A stretch of DNA of 64,000 nt from an uncultured Acidobacteriota bacterium (GTDB taxonomy: Bacteria > Acidobacteriota > Vicinamibacteria > Fen-336), in contig OY970399.1 in assembly GCA_963720545.1 (NCBI GenBank), positions 3,456,001 to 3,520,000 of the forward strand, in the 5' to 3' direction. Made by a program: the position numbers and the translations under genes. The notes beneath the pieces were generated by a model. The model had not been told where the DNA came from, searched no databases, and saw nothing but the letters and a program-made list of their open reading frames with translations. Position 1 is the first letter of the stretch. Each line of letters starts with the position of its first letter. Shown here piece after piece: positions 1 through 9,042 of this stretch.

Positions 1-369
1 CCGAAGCCGGGCCGCGGCATCCGCACGCTCATCGCCTTTGCGTGCTGCGGGGCAGGCGCGGCAGGAGCCGCCGCAAGCCCGTGGGCATGGCTCACCGCCT
101 GCCTGCTGCCGCTCACCGGTTTTTCGATGGTGGTTGCGCTCTCGACGGTCAACTCGCTGGTGCAGGAGAACGCGCCCGATGCCTTCCGCGGACGGGTGCT
201 CGCAATCTTCGGCCTCGCGTTCCGCGGTGGCGGCCCGGTTGGCAGCCTGGCGGCCGGGTTTCTCGTCAAGGCCTTTGGCGTCGCACCGGTGCTGGCGGGG
301 TTCGGCGCCTGCCTCGCGATCTTTTCCGCGATTGTGTTCTGGAAGGGAAACGCCTTTCGCCGGCTGTAG
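1..369 (+). CDS. MFS transporter, C-terminal part (runs off the left edge)
   Basis: Frame 1 is open from base 1; hydrophobic helices and the MFS motif 'NSLVQENAPDAFRGRV'. Confidence 0.8.
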   Translation, partial: PKPGRGIRTLIAFACCGAGAAGAAASPWAWLTACLLPLTGFSMVVALSTVNSLVQENAPDAFRGRVLAIFGLAFRGGGPVGSLAAGFLVKAFGVAPVLAGFGACLAIFSAIVFWKGNAFRRL

Positions 370-384
370 TATGCTGCCTCTCCC

Positions 385-573
385 ATGGCCGACGGCCTCA
401 CCACCAACCGCGGACGATCTCCCAGGCAGCAGCCTCAAGCGGGCACGTATGCACCGGGAACGTACCTGCGATGCGGTTCGTGTGGCAGGCTGCTGCGGAT
501 CGACTGGCCGACGCGGAGCATCGTCTGCTCGTGCGGCGCGCGCATAAACCCCGGGGGAACCTCGGCGAAGTAG
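385..573 (+). CDS. Small putative zinc-ribbon protein
   Basis: 62 aa with CGSC...CSC; fills the gap between neighbours; TATGCT -10-like element 9 nt upstream. Confidence 0.5.
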   Translation: MADGLTTNRGRSPRQQPQAGTYAPGTYLRCGSCGRLLRIDWPTRSIVCSCGARINPGGTSAK

Positions 574-574
574 A

Positions 575-3070
575 GTGAGCGGCCGCCGCAGCCTGCCACT
601 CGATGCGCTTGTCGTGCCGGGCCTGCTGGCCCTGATCGCGCACGACCTGTTCCTGTTCGACCCGATTCGTGTCATCGCCTGGCGCTGGCTGCACGACGAA
701 CGGCTGGCCCTTGCCCTGCCGAGGTTCCTGCGAGCACTGGCACCCGCGCCGCTGCCGGGCTGGGACCGCGATCCTGTCGCCGCGGTGCTGGCGCTGCTGA
801 TGCTGTCGATCGGCTTCGCCTACTTCGCCCTGGGCCGCGCCGGCGCCCCGCCGCGCTGGCGGGCGCTGCTCATTGCCCTGGCCGCGGCGCTGCTGGTGGT
901 GCTGCCGACGCTCGCGCTCATCGAGATGGGATGGATCACGCAACGTCCCTACGGCCAGGACGGCGGCGTCGTGCAGCTGCCGCTCGCGATGGACAAGCTC
1001 ATGGCGGGGCAGTCGCCTTACGGCGCCGACTATTCCGACTCGATCCTCGGCAAGGAAGCGCGCGCGTCCGGATTCTGGGCGCAGTTCGGCGAGAACCCGA
1101 TCCTGCATCATCACGCGTACCTGCCGGGCACGCACATCCTGATGGCCCCCTGGTATCTCCTGGGCCGGGCTACGGGCGCTCCCTTCGATCCGCGCGTGGT
1201 GACGCTATTGGCATTCATCCTGGCGGTGTTTGCCGCCGCGATGATTCCGCGCGACCCGCCGTCGCGCCTCGCCGCCGCCGCCTGCGTCGCCCTCAACCCG
1301 CTCATCTACTGGCATCAGGTGTTCGGAGCCAACGACGTGCTGGTGCTGGCGCTGCTCCTCGGCGCGGTCGCGCTCGGCGGACAGGGCCGTCGGGTGGGTG
1401 CCGCGACGTTGCTGGGACTCGCGTGTGCCACCAAGCAGCTGGCCTGGCCGTTCGCGCCGTTCCTGGTCCTGTCGCTGGCGGAGGTCGATTCCCTGATCCA
1501 GCTGCGGTCGCCGGCGGGCCGTGCGCGCCTCTTCAGAATCCTTGCTTACGCCGGCGGGGTCTTCATCGCAGTGGTGGCGCCGGTCGTGGCGCTCGATCCG
1601 GGCGCCTTCTGGATGGACGTTTTCGGTTACAACGTCGGGCTGCGCGGCGCCGGCAGTTATCCGCTCGGCGGCACTCCGGGCTTCGGCTTCGCCAACTTCC
1701 TCATTTACTTCGGCGCTGTCTCGAGCCTGACCGACTACTTTCCGTTCGGCATCTTCTATTTGTTGTTCATACCGCTGGGCCTGTTCCTCGTGACACGCCA
1801 ATGGCGGCACAATGTCCCCGCCGCGGCGCTCGTGTGGGGGAGTGCCGCGCTCCTCGCATCCATCTACTTCTCGCGCGTGGCCCACCCCAACTACCTCGTG
1901 CTCGTCGCCGGCGCGCTGCCCGTCGGAGTGCTGGCGGGACGCCGCTTCAGTGCCGACACGGCCGTCGTACCGCTTGCGCTCCTCGCCACCGCGGTGGCGA
2001 TCATCGGCGGCCAGGTCTACGAAGCGAGCTGGGGCGACGCGGTCGCGTCCCGCCTGCCGCAATGGACCACCGGTGTTGTCGGCGCGCTGCTGCCGCGCGC
2101 GGGGCCGAAGCTCACGCTCGACCCGATCGGCCTTGGCGTTGCCGCGCTCGCCGCCGGGGCCGCCCTCGTCTACCTGGTCGCCGCCGCGTCCGGACTGCCG
2201 CGGCGTACTCGCCTCGCGATCATTGGCGCCGCTTCGCTCGCGGTGGTGGTGCTGCCGACCCTGCTGCTCGAGCGCACGGCACGCGCATCCGGAATCGTAC
2301 GCGCGGAGTATGGCTGGACGGCCAGCGTTGCCGCTCGCGACACAACGACGCGCGAGGCCTGGAGCCGCAGCTTCCAGCGCGATCCGCCGGGCGAGATGCT
2401 CGCGTCCGGCGAGGACCCGGCGGCGAACGGCTCGGTGCTCGACGCCTGGCTGCGCTCCGCGGCGCGCGTGATGCGCAGCTCGCCGGTCGTCGATTCGCGC
2501 CCCCTGCTGCTCGCGGCGCTTGCGCTCGGTGTCGTGTTCCTGGTGCGCGCAACCCCGCCCGCGCAGCAGCCGCTGGTGCTCGGCTTCGCGCTGTTGGCGC
2601 CGTTCACTGCGCTGGGCGTGCCGTTCGGTTCGGGCGAGTGGCTGGTGATAGCAGCGGTGCTGTTGACGCTGTTCGTGGTGCCGCCACGCATCGCACCGCT
2701 GCTGCTCGTCGCCGGTTTTCTGCATCAGGTTCAACAGCTGCCGCTGGCACGTCCGGAGACAGGTTTCGCAGCGCTCTACGCCTATCGCGCACGCGCCGAC
2801 TGGCAGACGGCCACGCTGGTCCTCGCCACCGCCCTGATGAGCGCAGTGGGCCTGCTCGCCGCGTTCGGCAGCATCTGGCTGTGGCTCCGGCCGGCGGCTT
2901 GGGCGCGCCCGCGCGTCGTGACGTTGACCGCCGCGGTTTTGTGGCTCGCCGCACTCGCGGCGCCCGGCGCAACGCCGATGTACGCGTTCGCGCCGCTCCT
3001 CCTGCTGCTGGTACACTATGCGTCCCCGCCCAGAGCCGGAGTGGTGGAATTGGCAGACACGCACGTTTGA
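575..3070 (+). CDS. Polytopic membrane glycosyltransferase-like protein (GT-C/GT87-like)
   Basis: Many TM segments; motifs 'GQSPYGADY', 'HAYLPG', 'FGANDV' and 'GLACATKQ' typical of GT87-like proteins; the 3' end overlaps tRNA-Leu. Confidence 0.7.
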   Translation: MSGRRSLPLDALVVPGLLALIAHDLFLFDPIRVIAWRWLHDERLALALPRFLRALAPAPLPGWDRDPVAAVLALLMLSIGFAYFALGRAGAPPRWRALLIALAAALLVVLPTLALIEMGWITQRPYGQDGGVVQLPLAMDKLMAGQSPYGADYSDSILGKEARASGFWAQFGENPILHHHAYLPGTHILMAPWYLLGRATGAPFDPRVVTLLAFILAVFAAAMIPRDPPSRLAAAACVALNPLIYWHQVFGANDVLVLALLLGAVALGGQGRRVGAATLLGLACATKQLAWPFAPFLVLSLAEVDSLIQLRSPAGRARLFRILAYAGGVFIAVVAPVVALDPGAFWMDVFGYNVGLRGAGSYPLGGTPGFGFANFLIYFGAVSSLTDYFPFGIFYLLFIPLGLFLVTRQWRHNVPAAALVWGSAALLASIYFSRVAHPNYLVLVAGALPVGVLAGRRFSADTAVVPLALLATAVAIIGGQVYEASWGDAVASRLPQWTTGVVGALLPRAGPKLTLDPIGLGVAALAAGAALVYLVAAASGLPRRTRLAIIGAASLAVVVLPTLLLERTARASGIVRAEYGWTASVAARDTTTREAWSRSFQRDPPGEMLASGEDPAANGSVLDAWLRSAARVMRSSPVVDSRPLLLAALALGVVFLVRATPPAQQPLVLGFALLAPFTALGVPFGSGEWLVIAAVLLTLFVVPPRIAPLLLVAGFLHQVQQLPLARPETGFAALYAYRARADWQTATLVLATALMSAVGLLAAFGSIWLWLRPAAWARPRVVTLTAAVLWLAALAAPGATPMYAFAPLLLLLVHYASPPRAGVVELADTHV

Positions 3071-3119
3071 GGGGCGTGTGGGGAAACCCATGCGGGTTCG
3101 AGTCCCGCCTCCGGCACCA
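3035..3119 (+). tRNA. tRNA-Leu(GAG)
   Basis: GCCGGAG acceptor stem, D-loop GGAATTGGCAGAC, anticodon loop TT-GAG-GG, long variable arm, GGTTCGAGTCC T-loop, encoded CCA. Confidence 0.97.
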
Positions 3120-3195
3120 CCCCGCTTCTGAATCGTTTTCCCGAGGGACTGCGTCGCTTGCGCTGGCCCCGAGGGATCTCTGGTAGAACCCCTCA

Positions 3196-4047
3196 ATGCT
3201 TTCACTGCTTGTTGCTGCCGCGCTTGCGGCCGTGCCGGGGCATCCGACGGTCGCGTTCCTGACCGACTTCGGGGTGCGCAGCGAATCGGTCGCGACCTGC
3301 AAGGCGGTGATGCTCGGCATCGCGCCGTCGCTCACGATCGTGGACGTCACGCACGAAGTGCCGCCGTTCGACATCGCCACCGGCGCCGTGCTGCTCGAGC
3401 GCACCGTCAAGTATTTTCCGCGCGGCACGGTGTTCGTGGCGGTGGTCGACCCCGGCGTCGGCACCAGCCGCCGCGCGATCGCGGCGCGCACGCGCGCCGG
3501 CCACGTCCTGGTCGGGCCCGACAACGGCGTGTTGTCGCTGGCGCTGGCGAAGGAAGGTGCGATTGAGGTTCGCGAGCTGACGAACCGCGCGCTCTTCAAC
3601 CGGCTCGACCCGGTGTCCGGCATCTTCCATGGCCGCGACGTGTTCTCCCCAGTCGCTGCGCACCTCGCGCGCGGCGAGGCGTTCGCATCGGTCGGGCCGG
3701 TGGCGGCCGAATGGGTGAAGCTGCCACAGGCCCCGGCCGAACAGCAGCCCGGGAAGCTGCGCGGCGAGGCGACGCTCCTCGACCTCGCCTTCGGCAACAT
3801 CGCCACGAACATCCCGGCGGGCTTCGCCGAGTCGGCCGGCTTCCACCCGGGCGACGCGGTTTCGGTCACGATCGGCGGGCGCACCCAGGACGGCCGCTTC
3901 GCGCGCACCTTTGGCGAGGTGGCGGTTGGCGAACTCGTGGTCTATCCCGAAGATCAGGGCTTCATCGGCGTCGCGCTGCGCGAAGGCGACCTGGTGAAAG
4001 CGCTTCAGGTCGCGCGCGGCGCCGCGGTCGCGATCGTTCGCAAGTAG
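3196..4047 (+). CDS. SAM hydroxide adenosyltransferase (DUF62; SAM-dependent chlorinase/fluorinase family)
   Basis: FLTDFG, VVDPGVGTSRRAI, GPDNG, FHGRDVF and FGNIATN motifs. Confidence 0.9.
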   Translation: MLSLLVAAALAAVPGHPTVAFLTDFGVRSESVATCKAVMLGIAPSLTIVDVTHEVPPFDIATGAVLLERTVKYFPRGTVFVAVVDPGVGTSRRAIAARTRAGHVLVGPDNGVLSLALAKEGAIEVRELTNRALFNRLDPVSGIFHGRDVFSPVAAHLARGEAFASVGPVAAEWVKLPQAPAEQQPGKLRGEATLLDLAFGNIATNIPAGFAESAGFHPGDAVSVTIGGRTQDGRFARTFGEVAVGELVVYPEDQGFIGVALREGDLVKALQVARGAAVAIVRK

Positions 4048-4060
4048 CCAGGGCGCTACT

Positions 4061-5650
4061 TCAGGCCTTCAGGCTCGCGAGTTCCTTGGCGATGACGCGT
4101 GCGGCGTTGCGGCCGGGCAGGCCGGTGATGCCGCCGCCCGGATGCGTGCCGGCGCTGCTCAGGAACAGGCCCTCGATAGGCGTGCGATAGGCCGGCCAGC
4201 CCCAGAGCGGACGCATGGTGAAGAGCTGGTCGAGAGCGTGCTCGCCGTGGTCGGGATGGCCGCCGGTGAGCCCGTATTGCGTCTCGAAGTCTTCCGGAGT
4301 CAGCACCTCGACATGCTCGACGAGGCTGCGCAGCCCGGGAGCGTGCGCCTCGAGGACCCGCAACGTGCGCTCGGCGATCGCGGCGCGCCGCTCCGCGGCC
4401 GGCACCGTGGCGCGCAGCTTGCGCGGTGTGTACTGCACGTACGCCGAGAGCACGTGCGCGCCGGCCGGCGCCAGCGACGGATCGCTGAGCGTCGGGATGG
4501 TGAACTCGACATACGGCGACTCGCTGTCGGCGCCGTACTTCCAGGCGTCGTAGGCGCGCTCCAGGTAGTCGATCTCGTGGCCCGCCTGCACCCGGCCGCG
4601 CAGGGCGGCCGCTTCGGCAACGCCGCTGAAGCGCGGCAGGTCGCGCAGCGCGAGGTGCACCTTCGAAGCCATGCCGCTCGCGCGGTAGCAGGAGATCTGG
4701 TGATGCTCTTCGGGATCGAGGAGCGCCGGCTCGATCAGGTCGAGCATGGTGCGCTTCGGGTCGGCCCCGGAAACGACCGCAAGGCTCTCGAGCTGTTCGC
4801 CGTTGTCGAGCACGACACCGCGTGCCCGGCCGTTCGCCACGACGATCCGGGCCACGCCCGCACCGGTGCGGATGGTGACGCCGGCGCCGGTGGCTGCGGC
4901 CGCCAGGGCGTCGGCCACCGCTCCCAGTCCGCCGCGCACGAGTGCGGGTGCGCTGAGCGCCCGGCCGCCCGCCCACGACGACCGGAACAGCAGGTTGGCG
5001 GTGGTGCCCGCAGACCATGGGCCGGCCGCGACGCCGGTGATGCCGCGCGCGGCGATCGCCGCGGTGAGCAGCGGCGTCTCGAACCATTCCTGCGCGAAGT
5101 CGGCGACCGCCATCGGCAGCCAGCGCAGCGCGTTCTGGCCGTCCACGCGGCCGAGCCGCCGAAACGACAGGCCGAGCCCCGCCATCGGCAGCAGCTCGCG
5201 CATCCGGATGGCGTTGACGTCGGGCGGAGTGGCGAGCGACGCCTTCTCGAGGATGGCGCAGATGCGGCCCACGGCCTTCTCGAACTCGGGCCAGCGCTGC
5301 GCGTCGCGCGGCGAGAACACCGCCAGGCCGTCCACGGTGCGCTTGGCGTCGCCGTAGATGCTGAGCGGCTCGCCGCTCGGGTTCAGCACGGTGAGCGACG
5401 GCTCGGAGCGGATCCACTCGATGGCGCCCTCGATGCCCAGCTCCTTCACGACGACGGGATGCAGCGGCCCCGCGGTGTGCGCGACCGACGAGACCTTGAA
5501 CCCCGGATGGAACTCGTCGGTGGTGGCCGCGCCGCCCACCTTGGCGCGCTTCTCCACCACCACGACGCTCTTGCCGCCACGCGCCAGCAGCGTTGCTGCC
5601 ACCAGGCCGTTGTGGCCGCCGCCGACGACAATGACGTCCACGCGGCTCAC
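4061..5650 (-). CDS. Phytoene desaturase-family FAD-dependent oxidoreductase
   Basis: GTG start overlaps the upstream stop (GTGA); GGGHNG Rossmann motif; C-terminal 'GTHPGGGITGLPGRNAA'. Confidence 0.88.
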   Translation of the reverse strand: MSRVDVIVVGGGHNGLVAATLLARGGKSVVVVEKRAKVGGAATTDEFHPGFKVSSVAHTAGPLHPVVVKELGIEGAIEWIRSEPSLTVLNPSGEPLSIYGDAKRTVDGLAVFSPRDAQRWPEFEKAVGRICAILEKASLATPPDVNAIRMRELLPMAGLGLSFRRLGRVDGQNALRWLPMAVADFAQEWFETPLLTAAIAARGITGVAAGPWSAGTTANLLFRSSWAGGRALSAPALVRGGLGAVADALAAAATGAGVTIRTGAGVARIVVANGRARGVVLDNGEQLESLAVVSGADPKRTMLDLIEPALLDPEEHHQISCYRASGMASKVHLALRDLPRFSGVAEAAALRGRVQAGHEIDYLERAYDAWKYGADSESPYVEFTIPTLSDPSLAPAGAHVLSAYVQYTPRKLRATVPAAERRAAIAERTLRVLEAHAPGLRSLVEHVEVLTPEDFETQYGLTGGHPDHGEHALDQLFTMRPLWGWPAYRTPIEGLFLSSAGTHPGGGITGLPGRNAARVIAKELASLKA

Positions 5651-7242
5651 CGGACCCTCCGTGACTTCCAATCGCTCAGGATCTCGAGGGCCGCGATCCG
5701 GCCCGATGCGCCCATGATGCCGCCGCCCGGATGGGTGGCAGCGCCGCAGAGGTAGAGGTTCTTCACCGGCGTGCGGTAGCGCGCCCAGCCGGCGACCGGC
5801 CGCAGGAAGAAGAGCTGCTCGAGCGACAGCTCGCCCTGGAAGATGTTGCCTTCGGTGAGGCCGATCATGCGCTCGATGTCGAGCGGCGTCAGCACTTGGC
5901 GGTGCAGGATCAGGCTCTTGAGGTTGGGGGCGTGCTCGCTGATCGCATCGATGACGGCGTCGCCGAACGCCTCGCGCTTCTCGTCCCAGGTGCCCTCGCG
6001 CAGCTTGTAGGGCGCGTACTGCACGAAACAGGACATGGTGTGCTTGCCGGGAGGTGCCACCGAAGGGTCGGTGAGCGACGGGATGACGACGTCGCAATAG
6101 GGCCGCCGCGAGAAGTCGCCGTACTTGGCGTCGTCGTAGGCGCGCTCCATGTAGTCGAGGCTCGGCGAGATCGAGATCGCGCCGCGCAGGTGCGCGCCCT
6201 TGCCCGGCAGGCTCCTGAAGTCGGGCAGTCCGGAGAGCGCCAGGTTCACCTTGCCCGAGGAGCCGCGGTACTTGTAGCGCTTCACGTCGGCGAGGAACGT
6301 ATCGTCCACGCCGCCCTTCTCGAGCAGGCGCACGAAGGTCTGGTTGGTGTCGAGGCTCGAGACCACAATCGTGGCGTTGATCTCCTCGCCGTTCTCGAGC
6401 ACGACACCTGTGGTCTTGCCGTTCTTCACCTTGATCGTCTGGATCGAGGCTTCGGTGCGGATCTCGACGCCCGCCTCGAGCGCGGCGCCGGCGATCGCGT
6501 AGCTGATGGCGCCGGTGCCGCCGCGCGGCAGGCCCCACGCGCGGAAGGCGCCGTCGATCTCGCCCATGTAGTGGTGCAGCAGGACGTACGCCGTACCCGG
6601 CGAGCGCACGCCGAGGAACGTGCCGATGATGCCGCTGGCCGACATCGTTGCCTTCAGGACGTCGGTCTCGAACCACTGGTCGAGGAAATCGGCGGCGCTC
6701 ATGGTCATGAGCTGGATGATGTTGTGCTGGTCCTTCTTCGTCAGCTTCTGGAAGCGGCGCGACATCGCCGCCAGGTCCCTGATCGCGCGCGCGTCAGGCG
6801 CGTAGGGGTCGGGCGGCACCATCGACAGGATCGGCTTGACGAAGCGCGCCATGTCCACCATCGCGAGCGCGTAGTCGTCGTAGGCCTCGGCATCGACCGG
6901 CGAGTGGCGGTAGATCTCGCGGCGGGTGAGCGCGTGATCGCTCATGCGCCACAGGTGGTTGCCGTCGGGCATCGGCGTGAAGGTGCCGTCGAGCGGCAGG
7001 ATTTCGAGGCCGTGGCGCGGCAGGTCCAGCTCGCGGATGATCTCGGGGCGCAGCAGCGACACCACGTACGAGAACTGCGAAAACTTGAAGCCGGGGAAGA
7101 TCTCCTCTGTCACCGCGGCGCCGCCCAGCACGTGGCGCTTCTCCAGGACCAGGACACTCTTGCCAGCGCGGGCGAGGTAGGCGGCATTCACCAGCCCGTT
7201 GTGGCCGCCGCCGATGATGATCGCGTCGTACGCTTTGGACAT
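5647..7242 (-). CDS. Phytoene desaturase-family FAD-dependent oxidoreductase
   Basis: 'YDAIIIGGGHNGL' and 'ATHPGGGIMGASG' motifs. Confidence 0.9.
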   Translation of the reverse strand: MSKAYDAIIIGGGHNGLVNAAYLARAGKSVLVLEKRHVLGGAAVTEEIFPGFKFSQFSYVVSLLRPEIIRELDLPRHGLEILPLDGTFTPMPDGNHLWRMSDHALTRREIYRHSPVDAEAYDDYALAMVDMARFVKPILSMVPPDPYAPDARAIRDLAAMSRRFQKLTKKDQHNIIQLMTMSAADFLDQWFETDVLKATMSASGIIGTFLGVRSPGTAYVLLHHYMGEIDGAFRAWGLPRGGTGAISYAIAGAALEAGVEIRTEASIQTIKVKNGKTTGVVLENGEEINATIVVSSLDTNQTFVRLLEKGGVDDTFLADVKRYKYRGSSGKVNLALSGLPDFRSLPGKGAHLRGAISISPSLDYMERAYDDAKYGDFSRRPYCDVVIPSLTDPSVAPPGKHTMSCFVQYAPYKLREGTWDEKREAFGDAVIDAISEHAPNLKSLILHRQVLTPLDIERMIGLTEGNIFQGELSLEQLFFLRPVAGWARYRTPVKNLYLCGAATHPGGGIMGASGRIAALEILSDWKSRRVR

Positions 7243-7296
7243 TGCCCGCGGATTCTAGCGCAGCAAGTGATGCGCCCGCCCGCGCGGCGCCTGCGC

Positions 7297-9030
7297 TCAG
7301 TAGAGCGCCAGCTCGTCGATCGCCATGCGCACCGAAGCGCCCGGTTTCATCGTGCCCTTGTCGACAATGATGGCGAACTCGCGCACCTGCTTCAGGTCGA
7401 GGCTGCCGTCGCTGCGCGGATTGAACGAATGGAAACGTTTCCAGGGCAGAGCGATGGTCCGCCACTGCGGCGTCGCGCGAAAGGATGCGTACCAGTGCTC
7501 GAGGCCCCCGTCGGCCGACGCGGGGTTGGTGTCGCGCAGCTGGACCCAGGCGCGGCTGTCGCTCGTGGCGCGCACCCGCAGCAGCAGGCCGGCGTAAGGC
7601 GCGAGGTCGGGTGGCTGCCGCGTGATGAGAGCGCAGAAAACGTCTGGGTTCGCAGTGCTCGGCACAGCCAGGTCGCAAGGGAACGCGAGCGCGCCGCTGC
7701 CGCCGTCACCGCCGCCCGCGACGAAGCCGGCGCCCGGCATCTGCGACTGCGGGTCGTGTTCGGCCGAGAGCGTCGTGGACGGTGCATCGAACGCGTCGAT
7801 CGCCTTGCGCACCGGAGGCGGCGCTTCCGGCGTGGGCCACGCGGCCGCAGCGGCGCGTGCGCTGCGGTTCGTTTGGTCCTGCACGTAGATCGCGTTGCTG
7901 AGGATCCACGGCGTCCCGAAGCCGGGCAGGCGCACCTCGGCACGCCACACGCCCTGGCCCTCGGCCGGCGCCTCGAGCGGGCTTGTGCCCTCGGCCACGA
8001 CCTGTCCGTCGCGCAGGATCACGGCGCGTGCGTCCGCGGGGAACGAGCCGCGCACCACCGCACGCAGGCCGGAAGCCGGAGCCACCACACCGCCCATCGT
8101 GGTTGCAGCGCCGGCGCGGGGCACGATCTCGAAGGAAAACTCGCTCGCCGGCGCCAGCGCATCGACACCGATGTAGCTGCGCCCGGCCGCCAGTGCCGCC
8201 AGGATCGCGGCCGTGTCGCGCTCGACGTCGCCCGACAGCGGGGCATCGAGCACCACGTAGTTGCGCAGCAGCGCGAACACCGACTGGTAGGACGGAAACC
8301 GCAGCGCCCAGTTCTTGCGCAATTGCAGCCGCTCGTGCGCGTCGGCGCCCGCAATGACGGCGGTGTCGTGGCTGCGGAGCGCCGCGTCCCAATGCGCGAT
8401 TGCGGCATCGGGCGGCGTCATGCTGGAAAGGAGCGCGTACTCGCGGTTGAAGCGGTACGCGAATGCGGTGCGCAGCAGCCGCAGGACGCCGGCCGAACGC
8501 GAGAGGCTGTCGCCGTTCAGCAGCTCGAAACCGGTGAGCCCGGGCAGGTCCCAGGCGGTCCAGGCGAAATCGGCGCGGCGCGAAAAGGGATGCGCTGCCC
8601 ACGCCGTGCCGCCGAGATCGCGGATGTCTTCGAGCGCGTCTTTGGCATCGCCGGAGAAGCGGTAAGCCGGGTCTGCAACGCCGAGGCCGAGGACATGGCC
8701 GGAATTCGTAGACACTTCGGTGCCGACGATGACCAGCACGCCGTCGCGATAGCCGGCGAAAGGCAGCGCGTCGAGATTGTTGTGGTCGGTGATGACGACG
8801 TAGCGCGCGCCGGACGCGCGCGCCGCCGCGACCACTTCCTGCGGCGTGCCGCCCCCGTCCGAGAAAGTCGTGTGGACGTGAATGACGCCGCCAACGCGTG
8901 TACGGCCGTCGGCAACGGCGGGCCCGGTGAGCGCCGCCGGCCGCCAGGTCGCGATGCGCAAGGCCCACGCCGCGAGCGCCAGCACGACGACGCCGACTGC
9001 GACCATGAACTTGCGGCGGCGGGTGGTCAC
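7297..9030 (-). CDS. PHP-domain metallohydrolase (CehA/McbA-like) with a C-terminal CIA30/CBM-like domain
   Basis: HVHTTFSDG, ITDHN, GTEVS, AHP and GADAH PHP motifs; C-terminus 'F...QWRTIALPWKRF...LDLKQV...IDELALY'. Confidence 0.75.
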   Translation of the reverse strand: MTTRRRKFMVAVGVVVLALAAWALRIATWRPAALTGPAVADGRTRVGGVIHVHTTFSDGGGTPQEVVAAARASGARYVVITDHNNLDALPFAGYRDGVLVIVGTEVSTNSGHVLGLGVADPAYRFSGDAKDALEDIRDLGGTAWAAHPFSRRADFAWTAWDLPGLTGFELLNGDSLSRSAGVLRLLRTAFAYRFNREYALLSSMTPPDAAIAHWDAALRSHDTAVIAGADAHERLQLRKNWALRFPSYQSVFALLRNYVVLDAPLSGDVERDTAAILAALAAGRSYIGVDALAPASEFSFEIVPRAGAATTMGGVVAPASGLRAVVRGSFPADARAVILRDGQVVAEGTSPLEAPAEGQGVWRAEVRLPGFGTPWILSNAIYVQDQTNRSARAAAAAWPTPEAPPPVRKAIDAFDAPSTTLSAEHDPQSQMPGAGFVAGGGDGGSGALAFPCDLAVPSTANPDVFCALITRQPPDLAPYAGLLLRVRATSDSRAWVQLRDTNPASADGGLEHWYASFRATPQWRTIALPWKRFHSFNPRSDGSLDLKQVREFAIIVDKGTMKPGASVRMAIDELALY

Positions 9031-9042
9031 CCTCGTGTGGCC

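Noticed and set aside
3196..4047. Possible fluorinase/chlorinase forming a halogen cycle with the RdhA-like gene
   Set aside because: The FHGRD His and the Asp/Arg pair indicate the hydrolase subtype, and the two genes are 26 kb apart.
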